A stretch of DNA of 64,000 bases from positions 96,001 through 160,000 of the forward strand of contig JBFWWG010000004.1 of the NCBI GenBank assembly GCA_050246315.1. The letters run 5' to 3'. Below, piece by piece: positions 37,914 to 45,805 of the stretch (positions are counted from its first letter, which is position 1; every line of letters begins with the position of its first letter). The notes beneath the pieces are model-generated. The model was not told where the DNA came from. It did not search any database and saw only the letters and a list, made by a program, of their open reading frames with translations. The stretch is from Nitrospiraceae bacterium (GTDB lineage: Bacteria; Nitrospirota; Nitrospiria; Nitrospirales; Nitrospiraceae). The position numbers were made by a program, and so were the translations under genes.

Positions 37914-38723
37914 CTAGGACGTCGCTTCTGAATGGCGGTTCGCACGGGCGGCAGGGAGGAGGAGTTCGAGGAGTTCATTGTGCTGGGACCGCCAGTTAGC
38001 GATAGCACTCCAGCGGTTTTCCACCCCCCCCAACTTCTCATAGATGTTCTTGAGGTGAAACTTCACGGTGTTCAGACTCACACTCAATATCACCGAGATT
38101 TCCCAGTTCGTTTTCCCTTCGGCAACCCAACGCATAATCTCCTCTTCGCGCTTGGTCAATTGCGCCTGAGGGGTCTGCGCCGGAGACTGATCCTGAGGGG
38201 TCAACGCGCGGAGATAGGCCAGATGGAAATGGGGGGAGAGGATTTGCATAATCGCACGTAGCTTGGGCATCGTCTTGTGGTCGAAATTGCTGAATGCAAA
38301 ATAGGTGCACGCGCCGAGCACGCCGCGAATCCCGACCGATAGACAGCTTTTGATGCCGAAATCCAGTTTGAGGCTCGTGACCTCTCTGGGCACCTCAATC
38401 GCGGGGGCATCTTCGCTGGTCACAAATCCGAACCGAGTGGTTTGCATCAGTTGGATTGCGGGGTCGCTCAGGAACCCACACGACGCATAGAGGTATGAAA
38501 ACTCATCGCCATAACTCGAATGGCCGATTTGCAATTCGCATTTTCTGACGTTGAATGCCCCACAGGCCGAAAACTCGTGCGGGATGATGGAGCCGACCGC
38601 CGCCGTCAAGGCGGACAGTCGTGACTGGGAATCCACCGATTGCGTCTGATACATGATGTCCCGCAGTTGCTGAAATTCCTTGCGGGATGGGTACGGGAGA
38701 GCCTCGGTGCCTCGAACAATCAC
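37914..38723 (-). CDS. LuxR-family regulator with autoinducer-binding-like domain (LuxR solo)
   Basis: SYGDEFSYLY...LSDPAI...DFGI in the N-terminal domain; HTH LTKREEEIMRWVAEGKTNWEIS...NTVKFHLKNI; no luxI in the window. Confidence 0.88.
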   Translation of the reverse strand: MIVRGTEALPYPSRKEFQQLRDIMYQTQSVDSQSRLSALTAAVGSIIPHEFSACGAFNVRKCELQIGHSSYGDEFSYLYASCGFLSDPAIQLMQTTRFGFVTSEDAPAIEVPREVTSLKLDFGIKSCLSVGIRGVLGACTYFAFSNFDHKTMPKLRAIMQILSPHFHLAYLRALTPQDQSPAQTPQAQLTKREEEIMRWVAEGKTNWEISVILSVSLNTVKFHLKNIYEKLGGVENRWSAIANWRSQHNELLELLLPAARANRHSEATS

Positions 38724-39038
38724 GCCGCGATCCTCTATGCAGAAGAGTCAACCAAACCGGCGGGCACAGAGTCAACCCCGGAACACCCGAGGCTGACCAC
38801 GAGGAATGCAAGACGATGCGATACGGCCATCTGTCGGACCCTCACTTCCTCTTCGGGAAGTGAAGGATGACCGGATTATGGTGCTGGTTGTGGCCGTAAA
38901 ATCGGACGGTATCATAGCACCATCTGCATCGATGAGAAATAGAGACGTTCGGTCCTATCTCGAATTAAATCAACCGATATTTCACAGACTTTTGTGGTGC
39001 TTTTCGATCACAGAAGAGGAATGAAGAGCGGAGCAGGA

Positions 39039-39749
39039 TTAGTCGTTCATGACGATCAGCAGTTCGACGCGCCGGTTTTTCGCGCGACCGTCCGGAGTTG
39101 TGTTATTCGTCAGCGGTTTGTACTCGGCGAAGCCGCTTGCGGAGAGACCGCCTGTGGGGACGCCATAAACTTCGCTCAGCGCTCGCACGACCGAGGCCGC
39201 TCTAGCAGTGGACAATTCCCAGTTCGATGGAAATTGAATGCTTTGTATTGGCACATTGTCGGTATGTCCTTGGACCCGCACCTCCTTAGGAGCCTGATCG
39301 ATCAGTACCTCCGCCAGAGCCTCAAGCAACGGCAGCGCCTCCGGGCGCAGCTCGGCCTGTCCGCTCTCGAACATCGTGCTGTCGGCGATGGTGATCAGGA
39401 CGCCTTCATCCGTGTCGGCAATGGCCACATGTTTGGTGAAAAGAACATCGCGGCTGCGGCTGGACAACACCTCCTGGATTTTCCTGACCAGGATCGGTTT
39501 TTGGTGAAGCACCGGCACCAGCGACGACTTGTGCGCGCCCATCTCGAACACCTTGTCAGAGACCGGGGTGCTGACAACTGGTTTCAACGCGGCCTGGATC
39601 GATTCGCTCACCACCCTAAATTTGCCCTCGTTGACGGATGAAACAGAGTACATCACCACGAAGAAAGCGAACAGCAGCGTGATGAAGTCGGCATACGACA
39701 CCAGCCACCGTTCGTGGTTCTCATGCTCTTCGTGCTTACGTTTGGACAT
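39039..39749 (-). CDS. motB: Flagellar motor stator protein B
   Basis: RWLVSYADFITLLFAFFVVMY; OmpA-like GHTD...NWELSTARA...NRRVE. Confidence 0.95.
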   Translation of the reverse strand: MSKRKHEEHENHERWLVSYADFITLLFAFFVVMYSVSSVNEGKFRVVSESIQAALKPVVSTPVSDKVFEMGAHKSSLVPVLHQKPILVRKIQEVLSSRSRDVLFTKHVAIADTDEGVLITIADSTMFESGQAELRPEALPLLEALAEVLIDQAPKEVRVQGHTDNVPIQSIQFPSNWELSTARAASVVRALSEVYGVPTGGLSASGFAEYKPLTNNTTPDGRAKNRRVELLIVMND

Positions 39750-39756
39750 CTGGCTT

Positions 39757-40518
39757 TTATTTTTCGTGGATCTGTCCGCCGCCGATGTATCCGGAGAGTT
39801 TCTCTTCCAATTGACGAGGGTTATCTCCGGATGCGATGCCAACCAGTCCCGAAATCAGCATCATCCGCATCCCCGTTTCCTGCTTGATCTTCAGTTTGAT
39901 CTTGTTGCCCAACGGGAGAAAGAACAAGTTCGCCGCACCCACTCCATACACTGTCGCCACAAAGGCCGTGGCGATTCCGCTCCCAAGCTTGGAAGGATCG
40001 GCCAAATTTTCCATCACGTGAATCAGACCCAATACCGCTCCCAAGATCCCGACGGTGGGCGCATACCCTCCGGCGGCTTCCCACACTTTGGCCGCGGCCG
40101 TCCCCTCTTCCTCATGATGCTCCACTTCCACTTCGAGGATCTCTCGGACCATCTTCGCGTCGGTGCCATCCACGATCAGTTGCAATCCTTTCGCGAAGAA
40201 GGGATCTTTGATGTCCTTGATCTTGCCCTCCAGGGCCAATAACCCCTGCTTCCTGGCCACCTGAGCCAAGTCGACCACTTGCTTCAATTGCCCCTTAGGA
40301 TCGTGCTTGGGATTCAATAGCGCCAGCGACAGGAGCGAGAAGCTCTTCATCACCACGGGAAGGGGATTTTGAACGAAACAGGCGCCGATCGTTCCGCCAA
40401 GTACGATCATAAACGCAGTCAACTGCATGATAGAGCCCACGTGTCCGCCTTCCAGGGCTTGCCCGCCCAGGATGGAGCCTAGGGCTACCACCACGCCGAG
40501 CACGGTCAGAATATCCAT
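39757..40518 (-). CDS. motA: Flagellar motor stator protein A
   Basis: ARKQGLLALE, GLQLIVDG, GGYAPTVGILGAVLGLI, AFVATVYG. Confidence 0.95.
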   Translation of the reverse strand: MDILTVLGVVVALGSILGGQALEGGHVGSIMQLTAFMIVLGGTIGACFVQNPLPVVMKSFSLLSLALLNPKHDPKGQLKQVVDLAQVARKQGLLALEGKIKDIKDPFFAKGLQLIVDGTDAKMVREILEVEVEHHEEEGTAAAKVWEAAGGYAPTVGILGAVLGLIHVMENLADPSKLGSGIATAFVATVYGVGAANLFFLPLGNKIKLKIKQETGMRMMLISGLVGIASGDNPRQLEEKLSGYIGGGQIHEK

Positions 40519-40653
40519 CCCGCTCGCTTTCCCTGACGGGCATCCCGAGCAGGCACGCCAGCCGCAGCATGGTACGATTCCGTTCGACTCAATCCGTCGT
40601 TCGCTCGCATGACTCGGGATCCTGATGAAGACGATGCCGGAGCCGCCTGCACG

Positions 40654-40833
40654 TTATTGCAAGCGCGCAGCCCGATGGACCCATTCGTCGAGATCTCGGC
40701 GTACAAAGCGCCAGTGCTTTCCGATCTTAGATGCGGGAATCTGCCCGAGCCGAGCCAGCTTATAGACGGTGGATTTTGGGACGCGGAGCAAATGCGCAAC
40801 CTCGAGAACGGTGAGGATTTCAATCTGTGCCAT
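40654..40833 (-). CDS. Excisionase-type (HTH_17) DNA-binding protein
   Basis: ILTVLEVAHLLRVPKSTVYKLARLGQIPASKIGKHWRF; GGAG RBS. Confidence 0.85.
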   Translation of the reverse strand: MAQIEILTVLEVAHLLRVPKSTVYKLARLGQIPASKIGKHWRFVRRDLDEWVHRAARLQ

Positions 40834-40894
40834 GACCGTGGCTCCACCTGGCCGTTGATTCATCGGGCGCACACATCCCCTTGCCTGTTGTGTG

Positions 40895-40922
40895 TTATCG
40901 GCCCGAGACCGAGGAAACTTAA
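40895..40922 (-). promoter_or_regulatory. sigma28 promoter TTAA-N16-GCCGATAA
   Basis: Perfect FliA -10 octamer upstream of the HTH gene and motAB. Confidence 0.8.
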
Positions 40923-40973
40923 GACAGGGCTTCTCACCGATCTGGTCCGCCATGCCATCGGGAGCTGCCTGGA

Positions 40974-41579
40974 TCAGGCATGCGACAGGCCAGGCGCGCG
41001 CTGTTCGCCACGCCGCTGTTCAGCCTGGACGTGAAGAATGTGGCGGATGAGGGATTCCTGATGATCGGCACTAATGTCGAGAAACTTTGCCCCGATGAGA
41101 TATTTTTTCTCTTCCGACCCTCTTGATTCAGTCACACGACTGACCTCCGCCACAGCGGCAATCGGAAAGAACGGTGGAAGAATCAGCTTCACCTCAATCT
41201 GGTCGCCTTCGTGGAAGCGTTGGTCGGTCGGGAAACTGATCCCGGTTGCACTGATATTGACCTGCGTCATTTTCGGCAGCGGAAGCCCGCCAGGCACCGT
41301 CTGTGCCAGTGCTCCGACAACCAAGGCCAGCGCCCAATCGATCTTCATGAGCCAGGGAACCAGCAAGGCTTGAGGGTCATCGGGCCTGATTTGATTCAGC
41401 AGACGGTCCGTGGGCGCGGAGATGAAATCATGGATCGCCGTTGCGCTACGGGGGTCCATTCCGATAACGGTGCAAGTAGAAGGCTGTCCAATCGAGCGAT
41501 ACTCCAGTAGTAGCCGATCATCGATGCGCTGCCAACCTCGTCGATCGAATTCCACCGATTCTGTCGTCGGCAATGGCAC
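40974..41579 (-). CDS. PilZ domain protein (c-di-GMP receptor)
   Basis: RRGWQR (RxxxR) and NISATG ((D/N)xSxxG); start placed at the GTG after GGAGG; ORF is open to 41666. Confidence 0.85.
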   Translation of the reverse strand: MPLPTTESVEFDRRGWQRIDDRLLLEYRSIGQPSTCTVIGMDPRSATAIHDFISAPTDRLLNQIRPDDPQALLVPWLMKIDWALALVVGALAQTVPGGLPLPKMTQVNISATGISFPTDQRFHEGDQIEVKLILPPFFPIAAVAEVSRVTESRGSEEKKYLIGAKFLDISADHQESLIRHILHVQAEQRRGEQRAPGLSHA

Positions 41580-41596
41580 GTTCCGGCTTCCTCCAG

Positions 41597-41938
41597 CTAG
41601 CTGAGACGATCGAGTTGCCTCCCCACCGATCGGCCGTCGACCAGGGTCGATGAAAATGATTTCCACCGAGACCGCGCGGCCGCCGCCTCCACCAACAATT
41701 GGTGCAGGGCGGCTTTCGCCACGAGGGCGCGCGCCATAATGGTCTCGTCCATGGCCAGGAGCGCACAGGCCAGGTTCGGCATCACATGGTTATGTTTGAA
41801 CCACGTGCGACGCGCGTCATAACAAGCCGAGACTCGGTCCCAGTCTCCTCGCTCGGCGGCTTCCAGCGCCTCGACTGTGAGACGGCCGATCCCGTCAGTC
41901 CACGCCCCTGGTGTCGGAAAGTTATTCGGTTCGGGCAT
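41597..41938 (-). CDS. FliT-like helical protein
   Basis: Follows fliS; ALEAAERGDWDRV...R pattern. Confidence 0.55.
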   Translation of the reverse strand: MPEPNNFPTPGAWTDGIGRLTVEALEAAERGDWDRVSACYDARRTWFKHNHVMPNLACALLAMDETIMARALVAKAALHQLLVEAAAARSRWKSFSSTLVDGRSVGRQLDRLS

Positions 41939-42314
41939 GAATGGCCGCACCGCTTTCCGCGAGCTTCTGCCAAGCCTCGCGTAAGATGCTCAGGCATCGG
42001 ACCGGGCCATCGAGACGATGGGCCTGATGGTGAAGATTGACGTAAAGCAGCTCCGCCAAGATGTAATCGTACAGACGCCGCAAGGACACCGCAATGTCTT
42101 CGCCCTGCTGCATGTCGAGCACGTCGGACAATTCCGTTACAATGTTGACCGCACGGCTTAGGAACCTGGCCCTGTCGGCTGCTCGATTCCCCCGGATGCT
42201 TTCCTGCGCGAGCAGCATGGCCTGGATTGCTCCGTCGTACAGGACCACGACCACCTGCACGCCGGACGAGGTCATCACATTTGTTTGCTGGTACTGCTGG
42301 ACCGCACTTCGCAT
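41922..42314 (-). CDS. fliS: Flagellin export chaperone
   Basis: YQQTNVMT, LYDGAI, LRRLYDY, LREAW. Confidence 0.93.
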   Translation of the reverse strand: MRSAVQQYQQTNVMTSSGVQVVVVLYDGAIQAMLLAQESIRGNRAADRARFLSRAVNIVTELSDVLDMQQGEDIAVSLRRLYDYILAELLYVNLHHQAHRLDGPVRCLSILREAWQKLAESGAAIHARTE

Positions 42315-42329
42315 GACACCTCTTTACGA

Positions 42330-43721
42330 TCAGGAGATTCGCGTGCGCAAGAAGTCGGCTTGAGACTGGAGCTGGCGGAGCAAGCCGTCCAAGTTGGCAT
42401 ATTGGAGCCGCAGTCGCGCCTCATAGGCCGCCACCTCGTCTTCCTTCCGCTGGATACTGTCGGCCATTTTCTCGATTTCTTGAGTCAGGCTGTTCTTGCG
42501 GGAGGACACCACACCAGTTTCCAATTCGTCCAGCCGGTCGACGGCCTCCGTGACACGCTGGGCAATTCCGGTCACGGTCGACTGCCGAATAAACAACGCG
42601 CGAGCGGCTGAGTAGTCGGTGCTGAGTGCTTGGGACAGCCTAGCTTCATCGAGTGTGAGGGTGCCGTCGCGTTCCGTCTTGAACCCCACCTGACCCGCGC
42701 TGGTATAAGTGGACAGTCCTGGCACTTCTCCGGAGATAGCCTGTCGAAGCGCAGAGAGCGTGGTCCGGACCGCCGATTCCCCCGTCAAAATTCCCGCCTT
42801 CGCGGTCGCCGGATCGAAGGTCGCCCGCTCATGAATGAATTTCACCACGTCGTTGTAGGCAGCGACCAGTTTCTTGATGTTGTCCTTCACCGTTGCGGTA
42901 TCGAGGCTGACGGTCACGTTGACCGAGTCCGTTCCGACTGTCACCTGCTTGAGGTTGAGCGTCACGCCCGGGATGACATCCGTGACGGTGTTCCCGCTCC
43001 GTTGGATAGTCAATTGCGTTTGGGCAGGATCCCCGATGACGAGGATCGCATCCTGCGCGACTTGAAGCGTGTCCGCCCCCCCCGTACCGGACGTGTTGGC
43101 CAGGTCCAAGGCGGTGCCGTCGGCCGTGATGGAAATCGTGTTGGCGGCTCCCGTACTGGTTCCCGTCAGCACCAGCCGATAGGCGGGTGCCTGTGCTGTT
43201 CCGGAGTTCACTATGGACGCGGTGACGCCAGCGCCCAGGTCGTTGATGGCTGTACGCAAGTCCTCCAGCGTGCCACTATCCCCCAAAGTTACCGTCTGCT
43301 CCGCCCCGGTTCCCACGCGGAAGGACACCACGGCCGACGTCCCGGCCACGATGTCCGCTGTGGAACTCGCAACCGCTTTGGCCGCCTTGTTGGTTATTTG
43401 ATGAGCGGTGGCGAGTTGGGTAACCTGCACCCGGTAGTTGCCCTGGACCGCCGTAGAGGAAGAGGAAAGAGAGAGGACTTCCTCGTCGCTGACGGTTGCG
43501 CTCGTGCGATCAAATGAACTCGCGAGTCTCAAGGCATCCGCAGCCCCTTGGACTGCCAGCAGCTTGGCGCCGAGTGAACCTAGATCGGCCAGTTTTGATT
43601 GCAATACTGTCTTCTTTTCGTTCAGCTTATCGATCGGCAAGCGCTGGATCTTCACCAGCTCGGTCACAACCTGGCCGAAGTCGATGCCGTTGCCCAGACC
43701 TCCGAAACTGACAGTCGCCAT
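42330..43721 (-). CDS. fliD: Flagellar filament cap protein
   Basis: FGGLGNGID, VTQLATAH, VIPGVTLNL, YEARLRLQYANLD. Confidence 0.93.
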   Translation of the reverse strand: MATVSFGGLGNGIDFGQVVTELVKIQRLPIDKLNEKKTVLQSKLADLGSLGAKLLAVQGAADALRLASSFDRTSATVSDEEVLSLSSSSTAVQGNYRVQVTQLATAHQITNKAAKAVASSTADIVAGTSAVVSFRVGTGAEQTVTLGDSGTLEDLRTAINDLGAGVTASIVNSGTAQAPAYRLVLTGTSTGAANTISITADGTALDLANTSGTGGADTLQVAQDAILVIGDPAQTQLTIQRSGNTVTDVIPGVTLNLKQVTVGTDSVNVTVSLDTATVKDNIKKLVAAYNDVVKFIHERATFDPATAKAGILTGESAVRTTLSALRQAISGEVPGLSTYTSAGQVGFKTERDGTLTLDEARLSQALSTDYSAARALFIRQSTVTGIAQRVTEAVDRLDELETGVVSSRKNSLTQEIEKMADSIQRKEDEVAAYEARLRLQYANLDGLLRQLQSQADFLRTRIS

Positions 43722-43747
43722 CCTAGGCCTCCACCCCTGCCGAATTA

Positions 43748-44101
43748 CTAGATACGCTCGTCAACGAGCTGTCCGGGATTGCCTTGCAAGAACTTCGCAA
43801 CACGGAGCACTTCTTCCGGAGGAATCTGTTGAACGATATCACCTGACTTTTCGTTCAACACCTTCACAACCAATCGATGTAGCTCCGGATCGACTTCATA
43901 ACGAAGGAGGGAATCATTGGACGAGGACACCTGCTCCATGCTCGCCCTGCCTCGGATCGGTCCATCTCGACCGCCGACACCGGTTTCCTCCTCCACCACA
44001 TGACGGAACGAAGCGGGGCGCGCCTGAGAACGAATCTGCCCGGTCTCCACAGTTCCGCCGGCCGTCATCGGCCCACTTGAGTTGGCCACCTCCGGAATCA
44101 T
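43748..44101 (-). CDS. flaG: FlaG family protein
   Basis: LRYEVD...LVVKVLNEKSGDIVQQIPPEE; located between fliC and fliD. Confidence 0.88.
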   Translation of the reverse strand: MIPEVANSSGPMTAGGTVETGQIRSQARPASFRHVVEEETGVGGRDGPIRGRASMEQVSSSNDSLLRYEVDPELHRLVVKVLNEKSGDIVQQIPPEEVLRVAKFLQGNPGQLVDERI

Positions 44102-44132
44102 AGGCACCTCCCTGAGCAGCTCCTCCTACCCG

Positions 44133-44160
44133 TTCCTCCCCCGGCGAACCGAGGGAGGAA
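44133..44160 (-). terminator. GC-rich UUCG hairpin 3' of flagellin (terminator or stabiliser)
   Basis: CTCCCTCGG-TTCG-CCGGGGGGAG on the minus strand; no U-tract. Confidence 0.45.
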
Positions 44161-44180
44161 GAGTGGAGCGAGTTACCCGG

Positions 44181-45008
44181 TTACCTGCTGAGGAGAGCCA
44201 GTGCCGCCTGCGGCAGCGAGTTGGCCTGCGCCAGAATCGCGACGCCCGACTGCACAAGGATCTGGTTCCGCGTGAAGATCGCAGTTTCATACGCCACATC
44301 GGCATCCCGAATGCGGGACTCGGCGGCCGAAAAGTTCTCGCCGGTCACCGCCAGGTTGGAGATCGTGGTCTCAAACCGGTTTTGAATGGACCCGTATTCC
44401 GCACGGGCGGTGGCAACGGCGCTGATGGCGCTGTCGATGTTGGCCAACGAACTTTGGGCGTTGTTGGCGGAGGAAATGTTGACGCTGCTCAATCCCAGCG
44501 CATTGAGGTCCAGATCGTTCAGATCGAGCGACAGCACGTTGCTGGACCCGCTCTTGAACCCGACGAATACGCTGAAACTGTTGGTGGCCCCGCTCAGAAG
44601 CGCCTGGCCGTTGAATTCGGTGACGCTGGCGATCCGGTCGATTTCCGAACGCAACGCGACGAATTCCTGATCCAGGTAGGATCGCTCTGTCGTACCGACC
44701 GTCCCGCTGCCCGACTGAGTGGCCAATTCGCGCATCCGGGCAAGCAGGTTCCCGATTTCTTGCGCCGCACCGTCCGCGATCTGCGTCAGACTGATGCCGT
44801 CGCTGGCATTTCGTTTTGCCTGATTAATGCTGCGGATACTCGCCCGCAACGTTTCCGAGACGCCCAGGCCGGCTGCATCATCTGCGGCCCGGGTGATTCG
44901 CAAGCCCGAAGACAAACGTTCAACCGACCGGGTCAGCGAATTCGTGCTGCTTGTCAGGTTTCGTTGGGCGGCCAAAGACGCGAGGTTAGTATTGACTACA
45001 AGTGACAT
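44181..45008 (-). CDS. fliC: Flagellin (275 aa)
   Basis: VNTNLASL, ERLSSGLRITRAADDAAGL, GSIQNRFE, SRIRDAD, ILAQAN. Confidence 0.97.
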   Translation of the reverse strand: MSLVVNTNLASLAAQRNLTSSTNSLTRSVERLSSGLRITRAADDAAGLGVSETLRASIRSINQAKRNASDGISLTQIADGAAQEIGNLLARMRELATQSGSGTVGTTERSYLDQEFVALRSEIDRIASVTEFNGQALLSGATNSFSVFVGFKSGSSNVLSLDLNDLDLNALGLSSVNISSANNAQSSLANIDSAISAVATARAEYGSIQNRFETTISNLAVTGENFSAAESRIRDADVAYETAIFTRNQILVQSGVAILAQANSLPQAALALLSR

Positions 45009-45058
45009 GGACCCTTCCTCCTAACTCATCACGCACAAGTCAACAAGTGTGAGCCATC

Positions 45059-45070
45059 AGCTTCCGTGCT
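45059..45070 (-). promoter_or_regulatory. Candidate CsrA site in the flagellin leader
   Basis: AGC-ACGGAA-GCT hairpin with GGA in the loop; further GGA motifs at the RBS. Confidence 0.55.
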
Positions 45071-45147
45071 CATGACCCAGCGGCCATGCCGACCAGCGAG
45101 GTTGCGCGCATCCCAGCCGTCTCATGCCGCCGTGTTCTGTGCCCTCG

Positions 45148-45174
45148 TTATCGGCAGTCGCCCGTTGGACTTGA
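45148..45174 (-). promoter_or_regulatory. sigma28 promoter of fliC, TCAA-N15-GCCGATAA
   Basis: Perfect -10 octamer 140 nt upstream of the start codon. Confidence 0.85.
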
Positions 45175-45235
45175 GTCCTGAACCGGGTTTGGCGAAGGTT
45201 CTGTTCGACAACGGATATCAATGGACAACAGTGGC

Positions 45236-45778
45236 TCAGAGCATCGGCTGGTCCGCCCCCGGCAGCCTAGCCAAGACCTCGTATTGCAAGAGATCGCCTA
45301 TGCGAACCGCATCTTTGCGACTGCGAGCCTCCAGTAGTTCAGCGATCCACGGCACCAACGAATCCCGTTTTTCAGTGGAGGTGTACCCGCGATCCTGTTC
45401 AACGGCTTCCACATAGTCGGCCAACCGGCCGAGCCATCCATCAAGGCCTGCGGTGGCCGTCTCCCCTCGCTGGTGCGCCGCGACCAACGCCGTTCCTTCC
45501 TGTCTCAATTGCCGTCCATAAGTCTCCACCAGCTCACGGGTAGCAGCGGAGATCTCGGCGACGGGCTGCGAGGTGGCCCGAACGACCCCGATCAGGCTAC
45601 CGGGTTGGGAGAGAAAATCCGGGTGGAGGTCACGGTCGGTGACGGGACGTCCTCCAACCTCCAACCTCATCACCACATGCTGTCTGGTCTGTGCCCGATC
45701 ACTTACCTGGGCAAGCGCTTCGAACAAAGTTGCCTCATCAGAGAGTTCCCACTCCTCGTCGTTCAAGAATATCCGCAT
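45236..45778 (-). CDS. Hypothetical protein (flagellar glycosylation-locus associated)
   Basis: 180-aa ORF with AGGAGAGG RBS; C-terminal DAVRIGDLLQYEV. Confidence 0.7.
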   Translation of the reverse strand: MRIFLNDEEWELSDEATLFEALAQVSDRAQTRQHVVMRLEVGGRPVTDRDLHPDFLSQPGSLIGVVRATSQPVAEISAATRELVETYGRQLRQEGTALVAAHQRGETATAGLDGWLGRLADYVEAVEQDRGYTSTEKRDSLVPWIAELLEARSRKDAVRIGDLLQYEVLARLPGADQPML

Positions 45779-45805
45779 GATCGCCTCTCCTTTCCTGCGA
45801 CTCTC

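Noticed and set aside
40654..40833. Prophage or ICE implied by the excisionase-like gene
   Set aside because: No integrase, att repeats, tRNA or phage genes nearby.
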